NCBI RefSeq assembly: GCF_963921235.1
Contig: NC_086109.1
Coordinates: forward strand, 31,064,001 to 31,128,000
Source: Mobula hypostoma
Taxonomy: Eukaryota
Length of the DNA: 64,000 nt
Direction: 5' to 3'
Of this stretch, positions 49,876 through 62,632 are shown in pieces. Each line of letters starts with the position of its first letter. The stretch's first letter is position 1. Position numbers and translations under genes: made by a program. Below the pieces are notes generated by a model, which saw nothing but the letters and a program-made list of their open reading frames with translations, was not told the origin of the DNA and searched no databases.

Positions 49876-52800
49876 GGAAATAGTTACATTCGGACAGGTC
49901 TCATTAGCGGGGCTGCAGGATGGCTGCGTTGTTTATTCCAGGGACCAGCTGATTGCGCTTATGTCGACCGGTTTAGTGAACAGAGCAGTGGACACCCCGG
50001 CTGAAATCTGGAGGATGCAGAGGGGGATCAAAAAGGCGAGGGAAGAGGACCGGGTCAAGACAACAGAGGCTTATGGAGAAGAGAAGTTATAAGCCATGTC
50101 TCCCCTCTCTCATCATGGGAAATGTGAGATCGCTGAGTAATAAAATGGATGAATTGACGGCACTTGTCAGGAGTCAGAGAACATTTCGGGAGAGCAGTGT
50201 CATATGTTTTACTGAAATGTGGCTGCACGAGGACATACCTGATCAAAGTGTTTCCATAGAGGGTTTCCAGACCGTTGGAGCTGACCGGAATTGCACTGAG
50301 AGCGGTAAGCGTAAAGGAGGGGGGCTTGCGGTTCTGGTAAACAACAGATGGTGCAATCCTGGGCATATTACGATCAAGGAATGTGTTTGTAGCCCAGATA
50401 TTGAACTTTTTGCTGTTGGACTCCGGCCATATTATTTGCCATGGGAAATCTCGCATGCAATTGTGGTTGTTGTGTACATCCCTCCCTCTGCCAACTCGAC
50501 ATTGGCGTGTAACATCATTTACACCGTCATAGCCAGATTACAAACCCAGCACCCGAGTGCATTACAATCTCGGGTGACTTCAACCCTGTTACCATGGCTA
50601 GAACACTGCCCAATTTCACGCAGTATGTGAGCTGTACAACCAGAGGGGAGAGGACTCTGGATTTGATGTACACTAACATTAAGGATGCATACAGCTCCTC
50701 TCCCCTCCCCCCACTGGGAAGGTCAGATCACAACCTGGTTCATCTAAAACCCTGCTACGTGCCTCTGGTGAAGAGTAAACCTACAACCTCGAGGACAGTG
50801 AGAAAATGGTCAGAGGAGGCTTATGAGGAGCTCCAGGGTTGTTTTGAGGTGACAGACTGGCAGGCACTCTGTGAGCCACATGGAGAGGATATTGATGGGC
50901 TCACAGAGTGCATCACTGATTACATCAACTTCTGTGGGGACTGCAATGTTCCGACAAGAACTGTCCTTTGTTATTCAAATAACAAGCCATGAGTAACAAA
51001 GGACATTAAGGACATCCTGAACGCTAAAAAGAGGGTGTTTAGAGATGGAAATAGGGAGGAGCTGAGGACAATACAGAGGGACCTGAAAGCCAGGATCAGG
51101 GAGGCTAAAGACAGGTACAGGAGGAAGCTTGAGTGGAAACTCCAGCAGAACAGCATGAGAGAGGTCTGGAGGGGGATGAGGACCATCACTGGGTTCTGGC
51201 AAACTAGCAACAGAGGAGCTGAAGGCAGTGTGGACAGGGCCAGTGAACTTAACCTGTTCTTCAAGAGATCTGACATTGTGGCCCCTGCCCACCCCCACAT
51301 GAGGCATCTGTTGTTGGCCCCCAAGCAACACATATTCCACTCTCCCCTCCTACCCCTCCTCACAGTCCCCTACCCTGCTCTCATGACTATACCCCTTCCC
51401 CACACGAAACCACCACGGTGGGCTTCACAGCTGAACAGGTGAGAAGACAGCTGAAACGTCTCAACCCAAGCAAGGCTGCAGGACCGGATGGTGTCAGTAC
51501 CAGGGTGCTCAAAGCCTGTGCCCCTCAGCTATGTGGAGTACTTCGCCATGTCTTCAACCTGAGCCTGAGGCTCTGGTGGGTTCCTGTACTGTGGAAGACG
51601 TCCTGCCTCGTCCCTGTGCCGAAGATGCCGCGTTCCAGCGGCCTCAATGACTACAGACCGGTGGCATTGACCTCCCACATCATGAAGATCCTGGAGAGAC
51701 TTGTTCTGGAGCAGCTCCGGCCTTTGGTCAGGCCACACTTAAGATCCCCTCCAGTTCGCCTACCAGCCCCAACTAGGAGTTGAGGATGCCATCGTCTACC
51801 TGCTGAACCATGTCTACGCCCACCTGGACAAGCCAGCGAGCACTGTGAGGGTCATGTTTTTTGACTTCTCCAGTGCGTTCAACACCATCTGCCCTGCTCT
51901 GCTGGGGGAGAAGCTGACAGCGATGCAGGTGGATGCTTTCCTGGTGTCATGGATTCTTGATTACCTAACAGGCAGACCACAGTACATGTGCTTGCAACAC
52001 TGTGTGTCCGACAGAGTGATCAGCAGCACTGGGGCTCCACAGGGGACTGTCTTGTCTCCCTTTCTCTTCACCATTTACACCTCGGACTTCAACTACTGCA
52101 CAGAGTCTTGTCATCTTCAGAAGTTTTCTGATGACTCTGCTATAGTTGGATGCATCAACAAGGGAGATGAGGCTGAGTACAGGGCTATGGTAGGAAACTT
52201 TGTCACATGGTGTGAGCAGAATTATCTGCAGCTTAATGTGAAAAAGACTAAGGAGCTGGTGGTAGACCTGAGGAGAGCTAAGGTACCGGTGACCCCTGTT
52301 TCCATCCAGGGGGTCAATGTGGACATGGTGGAGGATTACAAATACCTGGGGATACGAATTGACAATAAACTTGACTGGTCAAAGAACACTGAGGCTGTCT
52401 ACAAGAAGGGTCAGAGCCGTCTCTATTTCCTGAGGAGACTGAGGTCCTTTAGCATCTGCCGGACGATGGTGAGGATGTTCTACGAGTCTGTGGTGGCCAG
52501 TGTGATCATGTTTGCTGTTGTGTGCTGGGGCAGCAGGCTGAGGGTAGCAGACACCAACAGAATCAACAATCTCATTCGTAAGGCCGGTGATGTTGTGGGA
52601 ATGGAACTGGACTCTCTGATGGCGGTGTCTAAAAAGAGGATGCTGTCTAAGTTGCATGCCATCTTAGTCAATGTCTCCCATCCACTACATAATGTACTGG
52701 GTGGGCACAGGAGTACATTCAGCCAGAGACTCATTCCACCGAGACGCAGCACTGAGCGTCATAGGAAGTCATTCCTGCCTGTGGCCATCAAACTTTAGAA

Positions 52801-52980
52801 CTCCTGCCTTGGAGAGTCAGACACCCTGAGCCAATAGGCTAGTCCTGGACTTATTTCCTGGCATAATTTACGTATTATTATTTTAACTATTTATGGTTTT
52901 ATTACTATTTATTATTTATGATGCAACTGTAACGAAAACCAATTTCCCCCGGGATCAATAAAGTATGACTATGACTATGA
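49876..52980 (+). mobile_element. Near-full-length Rex1/Babar LINE (APE and RT, disrupted)
   Basis: APE motifs IMGNVRSL, CFTEMWL, GGGLAVLVN and GRSDHN. RT motifs DYRPVALTS, FFDFSSAFNTI, GAPQGTVLSP, KFSDD and YKYLG. Split across ORFs 50073-52798 by a stop and frameshifts. Tail aataaag(TATGAC)n; cttt on both flanks. Confidence 0.92.
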
Positions 52981-53769
52981 CTTTCCATAACTTTACTCCA
53001 TTCAGATAGTAATCTGCCTTCCTGCTCTTGCCACCAAAGTGGATAACCTCACATTTATCCACATTAAACTGTATCTGCCATGCATCTGCCCACTCACCCA
53101 GCCTGTCCAAGTCACCCTGCATTCTCATAAAATCCTCCTCACATTTCACACTGTCACCCAGCTTTGTGACATCTGAAAATTTGCGAATGTTACTTTTAAT
53201 CCCTTCATCGAAATCATTAATGTATATTGTAAATAGCTGCGGTCTCAGCACCGAGCCTCGCGGTACCCCACTAGTCACTGCCTGCCATTCTGAAAAGGAC
53301 CCGTTAATCCCTACTCTTTGTTTCCTGTCTGCCAACCAATTTTCTATCCACGTCAGTACCCTACCCCCAATACCATGTGCTATAATTTTGCCCACTAACC
53401 TCCTATGTGGGACCTTATCAAAGGCTTTCTGAAAGTCCAGGTACACTACATCCACTGGCTTTCCCATCTCTATTTTCATAGTTACATCCACAAAAAATTC
53501 CAGAAGATTAGTCAAGCATGATTTCTCCTTCGTAAATCCATCCTGACTCGGACCTATCCTGCTACTGCTATCCAAATATGCCACTATTTCATCTTTTATA
53601 ATTGACTCCAGCATCTTCCCCACCACTGATATCAGACTAACTGGTCTATAATTGCCCATTTTCTCTCCCTCCTTTCTTAAAAAGTGGGATAACATTAGGT
53701 ACCCTCCAATCCACAGGAACTGATCCTGAATCAATAGAACATTGGAAAATGATTACCAACGCGTCCACG

Positions 53770-54661
53770 ATTTCTAGAGCCACCTCCTTAAGTACCCTGG
53801 GATGCAGACCATCAGGCCTTGGGGATTTATCAGCCTTCAGTCCCATCAGTTTACCCAACACCATTTTCTGCCTAATGCAAATTTCCTTCAGTTCCTCCGT
53901 TACTCTAGGTCCTCTAGTCACTATTACATCTGGGAGATTGTTCGTGTCTTCCCTAGTGAAGACAGATCCAAAATACCTATTCAGCTTGTCTGCCATTTCC
54001 TTATTCCCCATAATAATTTCACCTGTTTCTGTCTTCAAGGGCCCAACTTTAGTCTTAACTAATTTTTTTCCTGTTCACCTACCTAAAGAAGCTTTTACTA
54101 TATATTCTAAGCTAGCTTGCCTTCGCATCTCATCTTCCCCCCCCCCCCATTGCTTTTTTAGTTATTTTCTGTTGCTCCTTAAAAGTCTCCCAATCCTCTG
54201 GCTTCCCGCTCATATTTCTAGAGCCACCTCCTTAAGTACCCTGGGATGCAGACCATCAGGCCCTGGGGATTTATCAGCCTTCAGTCCCATCAGTTTAGCC
54301 AACACCATTTTCTGCCTAATGCAAATTTCCTTCAGTTCCTCCGTTACTCTAGGTCCTCTAGCCACTATTACATCTGGGAGATTGTTCGTGTCTTCCCTTG
54401 TGAAGACAGATCCAAAATACCTGTTCAGCTTGTCTGCCATTTCCTTATTCCCCATAATAATTTCACCTGTTTCTGTCTTCAAGGGTCCAACTTTAGTCTT
54501 AACTAATTTTTTTCCTGTTCACCTACCTACAGAAGCTTTTACTATCCTCTGTATTCTTGGCTAGCTTACCTTCGTACCTCATCTTTTCCCCGCCGTATTG
54601 CTTTTTTAGTTATTTTCTGTTGCTCCTTAAAAGTCTCTCAATCCTCTGGCTTCCCGCTCAT
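53770..54661. repeat. Tandem duplication of about 444 bp within CR1 ORF2
   Basis: atttctagagccacctcc...ttcccgctcat at 53770-54213 and 54214-54661. The ORF track shows MKTETGEIIMGNKEMADKL twice. Confidence 0.93.
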
Positions 54662-55584
54662 CCTTGCTATGTTATACTTCCTCCCTTTTATTTTTATACT
54701 GTCCTTGACTTCCCTTGTCATCCACAGTCACCCCTTACTCCCCTTAGAATCTTTCTTCCTCTTTGGAATGAACTGATCCTGCACCTTCTGTATTATTCCC
54801 AGAAGTACCTGCCATTGTTGTTCCACTGTCATCCCTGCTGGGGTATCTTTCCAGTCAACTTCTGCCAACTCCTCCCTCATGGGTCCATAGTCCCCTTTGT
54901 TCGACTGTAACACTGACACTTCCAATTTTCCCTTCTCCCTCTCAAATTGTAGATTAAAACTTATCACATTATGGTCACTGCCTCCTAATGGCTCCTTTAT
55001 CTCGAGTTCCCTTAACAAATCTGGCTCATTACACAACACTAAATTCAGAATTGCCTTCTCCCTGATAGGCTCTAATACAAGCTGCTCTAAGAATCCATCT
55101 CTGAGGCACTCCACAAACTCCCTTTCTTGGGGTCCAGTACCAACCTAATTTTCTCAGTCTACGTGCATGTTGAAATCCCCCATAACAACCGTAGTATTTC
55201 CTTTGCGACATGCCAATTTTAACTCTTGATTTAACTTGCACCCTATATCCAAGCTACTGTTTGGGGGCCTGTAGATAACTCCCATTAGGGTCTTTTTGCC
55301 CTTACAGTTTCTCAGTTCTATCCATAATGACTCTACATCTCCTGATTCTATGTCCCCCCTCGCAAGTGACTGAATTTCATTCCTCACCAACAGAGCCACC
55401 CCACCCCCTCTGCCAACCTGTCTGTCCATTCAGTAGGATGTATGTCCCTGAATATTCATTTCCCAGCCCTGGTCCTCTTGCAGCCAGATATTGAGTTCCC
55501 AGATATTGAATTCTACCACTGAGAAAGACAAGGGCACCATCTCCTCCAAAAGACTCTCTGAGGCATATATCGTTACTGTATGGT

Positions 55585-55850
55585 ACCATGATAGTCCAGC
55601 GGCTAGCATGGCGCTATCATAGCTCTGGGCATCAAAGTTCAGAGTTCAATGCCAGTGCCATCTGTAAGGGGTTTGTACATTCTCCCCATGTCTGCATGGG
55701 TTTCCTTTCCCAGCCCAAAGACTTACTGGTTTGTAGGTTAATTGGTCATTGTAAATTGTCCTATGATTAGGCTAAGGTTAAATAGTTGGGTTGCTGGGCA
55801 GTGTGGCTCATTGGGCCAGAATGGCCTTGTCCGTGTTGTATCTCTAAAAG
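55585..55850 (+). mobile_element. HE1-like V-SINE
   Basis: gagttcaatgcc B-box-like motif, tctgtaaggggtttgtacattctcccc V-domain, aggttaattggtcattgtaaattgtcc, and a CR1-type tail. Confidence 0.8.
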
Positions 55851-56149
55851 AAAAGAAAATATAAATAAGATAAATTATTGGCTTGGAGATCTATAGATCA
55901 AAACGTTTGAATTCTTTTTCCTACTAGTATCATGTCAAAATCCTCACCATCTTTTTTACAATAGTCTAAGAAGGTTGGTCACTGGTCTCAGTAGTCATAC
56001 TTACAACACATGGTAAAAGCGAAAACTGTGTAGAGTTGTAGAGGCAGTAGCATAGGTATGGGATCCTGATGTGTCGTATCATTTAAAATAGTTTGCTCAT
56101 GTAGTAGTGTGACTGTACTGTGACTTAATATTAGACAACTTATAGAAAG

Positions 56150-57133
56150 GACAGAGTGATCAGCAGCACTGGGGCTCCACAGGGGACTGTCTTGTCTCCC
56201 TTTCTCTTCACCATTTACACTTCGGACTTCAACTACCGCACAGAGTCTTGTCATCTTCAGAAGTTTTCAGATGACTCTGCCATAGTTGGATGCATCAGCA
56301 AGGGAGATGAGGTTGAGTACAGGGCTACAGTAGGAAACTTGGTCACATGGTGTGAGCAGAATTATCTGCAGGTTAATGTGAAAAAGACTAAGGAGCTGGT
56401 GGTAGACCTGAGGAGGGCTAAGGTACCGGTGACCCCTGTTTCCATCCAGGGGGTCAGTGTGGACATTGTGGAGGATTACAAATACCTGGGGATATGAATT
56501 AACAATAAACTGGACTGGTCTAAGAACACTGAGGCTGTCTACAAGAAGGGTCAGAGCCGTCTCTATTTCCTGAGGAGACTGAGGTCCTTTAACATCTGCC
56601 GGACGATGCTGAGGATGTTCTACGAGTCTGTGGTGGCCAGTGCTATCATGTTTGCTGTTGTGTGTTGGGGCAGCAGGCTGAGGGTAGCAGACACCAATAG
56701 AATCAACAAACTCAAAGGCCAGTGATGTTGTGGGGATGGAAGTGGACTCTCTCAGGGTGGTGTCTGAAAAGAGGATGCTGTCTAAGTTGCATGCCATCTT
56801 GGTCAATGTCTCCCATCCACTACATAATGTACTGGGTGGGCACAGGAGTACATTCAGCCAGAGACTCATTCCACCGAGATACAGCACTGAGCGTCATAGG
56901 AAGTCATTCCTGCCTGTGGCCATCAAACTTTAGAACTCCTGCCTTGGAGGGTCAGACACCCTGAGCCAATAGGCTGGTCCTGGACTTATTTCATAATTTA
57001 CTGGCATAATTTACATATTAAAATTTAACTATTTATGGTTCTATTACTATTTATTATTTATGGTGCAACTGCAATGAAAACCAATTTCCCCCGGGATCAA
57101 TAAAGTATGACTATGACCATGACTATGACTATG
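56150..57133 (+). mobile_element. Second, 5'-truncated Rex1/Babar copy
   Basis: Highly similar to 52010-52980 (GAPQGTVLSP, KFSDD) and ends aataaagtatgactatgaccatgactatgactatg. Confidence 0.93.
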
Positions 57134-57154
57134 GAATGCAGATACTGCTTATAT

Positions 57155-57434
57155 TAAAGGCAATCACAAATTTCTATAGATGTACTGTAGAGAGCATTCT
57201 AACCAGCTGCATCATGACCTGGTATGAGGGGGTGGGGGGGACAGAGGTGGTGCTACTGCACAGCATTGAAAGAAGCTGTGAACTCAGTCAGCTCCATCAT
57301 GGGCACTGGCCTCCATAGCATTTCAGACGTCTTCAAGGAGAGATGCCTCAAAAAGTCAGCGTCCATTCTTTTCTCATTGCTACCAAATTTCACAATGTAT
57401 GCTGGTGATATTAAACCTGATTCTGATTCTGATT
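57155..57434 (+). mobile_element. Older Rex1-related LINE 3' fragment
   Basis: TNFYRCTVESILTSCIMTWY and a (ctgatt)n tail. Confidence 0.7.
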
Positions 57435-58529
57435 GCTAGGTGCAACTATTTATTTCCTAGGTAGATGGAGTACTATCATTTCTAATATCTAACCCATTAC
57501 CCTTGGCAGTAAATCTCAGCAGTGAAAGAAAGTGTTTTAGTTGTTACCTGTATTCCAATAGACAACACTAAATAGGAAATGGGGGTGGAGATTACTCTGA
57601 AGAGATTACCTCATTTTACTGAGGTATAATAAAAAATACTTCAGTTCAATAATTCAGAAAACTAAAACTTTTGGCTGAAGGTAAAATTGGTCAAAGCTCA
57701 CTGGATAACAGATGCATAAGCTATGATTAGAATATTGGATAGACTTTCCGTACGTGTACAGTGCTACTGAATTTGTAGTTTTTAGTTGGTGGAGTTGAAA
57801 AGAAATAATGGAAAAAGTAAATGTCTCACATTCAACACTCTGGTAATAGAAACAAGCTAGCTGTGTAGCTAATTTCCAAGCTGTTCTATTTACTCAATCA
57901 AGAAAAAAGTGATTTCTCAGAATCTCAACAGTTTAGCACATAGGTAATACAAAATGTGTTTGAGCACTCATTCGTATGGAATAAGTAGAATGATGTGACT
58001 ATCCACAAGAGATTAAATAATAAACATCAATATCAAGGTGCAAATCTTAACTTACTTCAAAAAAAACATTAATGGAATGGTATCCTTAGTATCTCCAAAA
58101 TCTTTGTCTAATTCCTCTGTATCCAATGCTAATTTCTTTAAGTAGTCTTAAAGAAAGGTGATAAAGCATAATGGAGGTCAAATCCTACGTGATGAGGAAA
58201 TTCAATGTCATCCATCTAAAGAAAAGAACATACATATGATCAAACTTGAAATGACTCTTCACCTCATACCAACTGCTTCAGACTTAATGAAGCAGATGGA
58301 TTACAGGGTCAGTGTAGTCCTAAAAATATATTTCCTGATCAACAATAGTGGATGCTCCTGCATATAATCAGTATTACCAATCATAAGATGTATGGAAAAC
58401 AGACTATGCAGTGATATTACTAGCTTCCACTGAAACACAAAAAGAGCTTATTTGCAATGTTACAGTAATGTTCTTTGTCAACAGTTATTTCGAAGCACTG
58501 TTTTTTTTTGAACAGATTAAAGTTCACGG

Positions 58530-58620
58530 TCTTTGGAGCTTCAACAGCACTGGGTTTTACAGGATGGCATTGCTAGCCCCATGACCAACCCTCCTCCTTT
58601 TGCAGTCAAACTTGGGAACT
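58530..58620 (-). mobile_element. RTE 5'-UTR-like fragment
   Basis: Minus strand cccaag...aaaaggaggagggttggtcatggggctagcaatgccatcctgtaaaacccagtgct. Homologous to the body of the SINE at 35824. Confidence 0.6.
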
Positions 58621-60059
58621 TCCATAGCAGAGTTAGAGTCGGAACAAGAGAATGATTTTTGTTATGTTACCAATTTGTCTCCCAGCAGCTGTAGCAGATT
58701 AGCACTGCCCCTAAGAGAGAGAAAGAAATTAATAGCATGGAGACCCACTAGAGGAGGAGGATGGGAGATACACGCTTGCAGATCCGTATGTGTTCTCTGT
58801 AATTGTGCTTAATAGATATTGATCTCTTCAACCCCCCACAGTAATATTTTATAGAGTGGACAGAAAAGCACCTGAGAAACAATGTCACAAAAGCACACCA
58901 AAACAAATATTTAAAAATTTAAAGCATTTTAAGTATTGTGAGCAATTTGTATTCGATGGATTTGATATATAAATTTGTTATAATACATTAGATTCTTAAA
59001 GTTATATATCCGAAACTGAAAATAGAAAAAGCATTCCATTGAAGGAAGTTTCATAAAACAGTTGTTATTGTGTATAGCAATCGACTGACGTCTTGGGAGT
59101 ACAGTAATCATAAATCAATGTGTCATCTGCAGAGCCTTTTAAAATATCATTCATGGAAACCGTGTGCAATCTTTTCCATACTAACAGTTTACTATCCCAA
59201 TGGAAAATATATGTTCACATCATTGAATTTGGTTTCTTTTCAAACTGAAATATTTAAAGAATAAATGAATTTACAAATCTCATTTTTCCTGCATAAATCA
59301 TCAATAAACAGTGGTGCAGTGAGCTGAGGTTCAGTGCAGAGACACGTTAACCTCACGGAGCAGCAAGCTGACCCCTTGCCTCCAGCCCCGACACCCTGAC
59401 CTTTTCACTGTGGGCCAGCAGTTAAATCGTGCAAACCTCGCGTCATTCCTTGCTCTCGAACAGGTTCGGGCCCTGTGGCTTCATTTACATTAAGATTAGA
59501 ACATCAAATGAAAACAATAACTCCATTGGTCTCTAACAATACTTACCTCAATCATATCCTCCATTATCCTAATTGCCTGAATTGTTCATATTATTAAAGT
59601 TAGGGTGGAAACATATGCAACAGGCCAGTCAAGAAGTGAATGCTCCTGTTCTATAATATATAGTAGAGTTATTTCCTCTTATTAATTATATTTTCTCTAA
59701 GTTAACCGAATGTATAAAATCTAATAAATTATAGAGATCTAAAATTAAAACAGAATATGCTACTAACACTTAGCAGGTCAAGCAGTATCTAAGGAAAGAT
59801 GAGCAGGGCCAACGGTTGCAGACCCTTCTTCTCAGCTATAGGATTGATAAAACAAGCTGGTTTTAAGTTGTAGAAAATGTGATTGAGGCATAGATAAGAG
59901 AAAAGTATGATGCCAGGATGCTGTGTTCTCTGCTACAGCTCAGATTTGTATGTTACAGTTTTTACATGTCTTCTTGTTTGTTTTCTCTCTCTTTCTCACA
60001 TCCTTACCCAGCAATATTATAAACCATGGTAATCTAAACTTCAAAATTAATTTAATCAA

Positions 60060-60515
60060 TTTTAAAGATATAGCATGCTAACAGGCCCTTCCTGCCCAAC
60101 GAGACTGTCCCGCCTAATTACATAATATCAATCAACCTACTAACCATGCCATGGTAGTGTATCGGTTAGCGTGCTGCTTGGTGCATCAGAGGTCAGAGTT
60201 CAAGTCCAACATCATCTGTAAGGAATCTGTGCATCCTTGTTGAATGTGTAGGTTTTTTCTGGGTGCTCCGATTTCCTCCTACAGACCAAAGGCGTACTGG
60301 TTAGTAGGTTAATCGGTCATTGTAAATTGTCCCGTAATTAGTCTAGTGTTAAGTCGGAGGTCACTGGGGGGCGCTGCTCAAAGGGCCAAAGGGGTCAATT
60401 CCGCACTGTATCACTACAAAATAGATAAATAAATAGCCCATACATCTTTGGAAAGTGGAAGAAAACCAGGGCACCCAGAGGAAACCCACACCATCAGGGG
60501 GAGAATGTACAGAAA
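60060..60515. mobile_element. HE1-like SINE (+, about 60146-60433) nested in an opposite-strand HE1-like SINE
   Basis: The minus copy caacctactaacc resumes at cccatacatctttggaaagtgg...gaggaaacccac. The intervening + copy has a head, V-domain and tail. Confidence 0.75.
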
Positions 60516-62329
60516 TTTCTCTCCCCTACATCCCACTTCATCCACTCTGGCTTAATTGTAAACCTCAAAGCATTATTATCATATCCTGGTGTCAATTTTA
60601 TAATAACTTTTCCTGTGTTGTGAGCAGACTTGCATTTCAGAATCTTCCACTTTAGATATTTAATTAAGACATTCTAAGTTCATTCATGTAATGATTTCCA
60701 TAATTAGAAAAGCAATAAATATTTATTCTCTGCTAAATGTTGTGAAATTAAGCTCTGTCATCAGAAGTAAATAGCTAATGATTTGTATTATGATACACAC
60801 ATGGTCTTGGAAAAATTGCCCCATGCGAGCCTCTTTGCAAATTCATACCTACAGGTTTCAGGGGTGAAACACAATATAGAATAGTATTTGATTAAAAGGA
60901 ATAATGCTAAGATTTCTCATAAGTGAAATTAAGTGGAAGAATGGAAAGGTTCTCTTTCCTGAAATGGAATTAGAAGTAATCTAATGGATAGTCTCAGACC
61001 TCAAGTTAAATGGTGCCGATAGATGCATCATTATACATAGGATAAGGACATGGTTCATTAATATTACTTTAGCGGTAAAACCTCTCATTACACCAAGAAA
61101 CTTTCAACTTAGTGTTTTTCATAGAAGTGACTCTTTAGCTTTAGTTGGAGCTAATTAAAGAGAACTGAGGGGCTTACAAGTCAGCCAAGATCAATGAAGG
61201 TTTGATACAAAATCTGTCCATATTTAGCAGCTAGCTAAAGAAAGGTGCTGACAGGTAAAATAATACGGCTTGTATCTGACTGCATGGGATAGAAATTCCT
61301 AAAGGCAAAGATGAAATAGACCAAGGAATGTTGATATATTGGTTCAGTACATGCAAGATACCAATGAATATTAAGAAATAAGATTGGATCATTTGCTCAA
61401 TCGCTTTAATTTGGTTTAACAGATTGGTGGATATCATCGTAAAAGTAAACAATAACACTTAATTGTTATTATATATAATTCCGGTTGCCTTGCAATAGAG
61501 AATGTAGTAGTTTCATTGTGTAGGTGTGGAAGATGATGTGAGGTTCCAATGTGAAATGTATATTGATTTATCATATAGAAATTTTAGATACATTAGTCTG
61601 AAAAGCAATGTTGATTGTGGGATAGACAGTTTGTTAGGAAATAGGTCATAGTTTGATGTATAAAAATATTACTGATGCATTAAAGCAATAAAATTGAACT
61701 TTATGGCAAATACTGTTTATAAAAATACAAACGTACATCCATCCAGATGTCTCAGTATTCCTAACTCTATCCCTGACTCTTGAATCCTATAAACACAATC
61801 CTCAAATGACCCAATGTGCAATAAAATGTATAATTGATTTTCTGAAACTGGTATCATTTGTGTTAATAATCAGATGAAACATAGGCAATTCTGAGAAAGA
61901 TTAGAATTCTAACTCATTTTCAGCTGGTTGACTTTGCTGCCACTTTAAGCATTTCAAATGTTCATAATATGCCAAATATCTCCTTTAGAAGGATTTAGTA
62001 ATTAATTTTGTCTAGTTAATACTCTCCATGCTCAAATGGATAAGTAGAGGGTTCAGCTGTTGTCAAGAAAAGTAATACTCGGGTCCAACAGATGCAGGTT
62101 ACGTTGAATTGTTGAACAGATACTTATTTTGTATTTTGATATTTACACCCAACAATATATTGTCTTTTCAAAAGAAAACAAATAGCTCTATAATACCAAT
62201 GTATATAGTGCAGATTATTGCTATTTACTTAATGGCACAAAATTTTCAGTAATTTCAATTAAACTTGAGCATTTTTAGTCTTTTTAAGGGTTGAAGATTT
62301 TTTTTCATTTGGGACCTTTATCATAAAAA

Positions 62330-62404
62330 GGATATTTTGGCATTGAAGATAGTTCAGAGGAGGTTCACAAGAATAATCCTAGAAATGAAGGGGTTCCATG
62401 TGAG
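62330..62404 (+). mobile_element. CR1 fragment forming the Gypsy insertion site
   Basis: DILALKIVQRRFTRIILEMKG, matching the CR1 ORF2 motif LERVQRRFTRMI. Confidence 0.7.
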
Positions 62405-62632
62405 TGTAGTACACCATATATATGTTGTAACTGGGTTACCTGTCTGGACACGCCCCTCTGCTGACTGCCCCTGTGGCTCCTCCCACAGCTTCCTGTATAA
62501 AGGTGTTTTGCCTTGCCCCTCCCCCTGAGTCCAGGGGCAGACACTCAGCGTGGAGGTCGTATTGCACAGCGAATAAAAGCCTTTCAGTGTTTTACCCAAC
62601 CTCAGTCTTTTGGAGTTAATAAAAGTGCTCCA
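62405..62632 (+). repeat. 5' LTR of a Gypsy retrotransposon
   Basis: TGTAGTAC...GTGCTCCA termini (6/8 inverted match), TATAAA at 62496-62501, AATAAA at 62572-62577 and 62618-62623, directly upstream of gag. The second LTR is outside the window, so the ends are inferred. Confidence 0.75.

Larger units (their letters stand above)
49131..55486 (-). mobile_element. 5'-truncated CR1 LINE (ORF2 EN and RT, defective), interrupted by Rex1
   Basis: EN motifs RGGGVALLVR, GVIYRPPN, VMGDFN and GSDHN. RT motifs NYRPVSL, YLDFQKAFDKVPH, GVPRGSVL and KFSDVTKLG. 3' tail at about 49131-49875. The frame is continuous across the Rex1 insertion (GVKLWK|GEV). Confidence 0.93.

Noticed and set aside
53749..54564. 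271-aa plus-strand ORF with an internal repeat
   Set aside because: It is the antisense shadow of the duplicated CR1 ORF2 segment.
55484..55513. 15-bp direct repeat as the CR1 TSD
   Set aside because: Both copies lie at the same (5') junction and none is at the 3' end near 49131, so it is a junctional micro-duplication.
62399..62404. Alternative LTR start at TGTGAG
   Set aside because: These bases fit the continuing CR1 sequence, and 62405 gives a better terminal inverted match to the LTR end.
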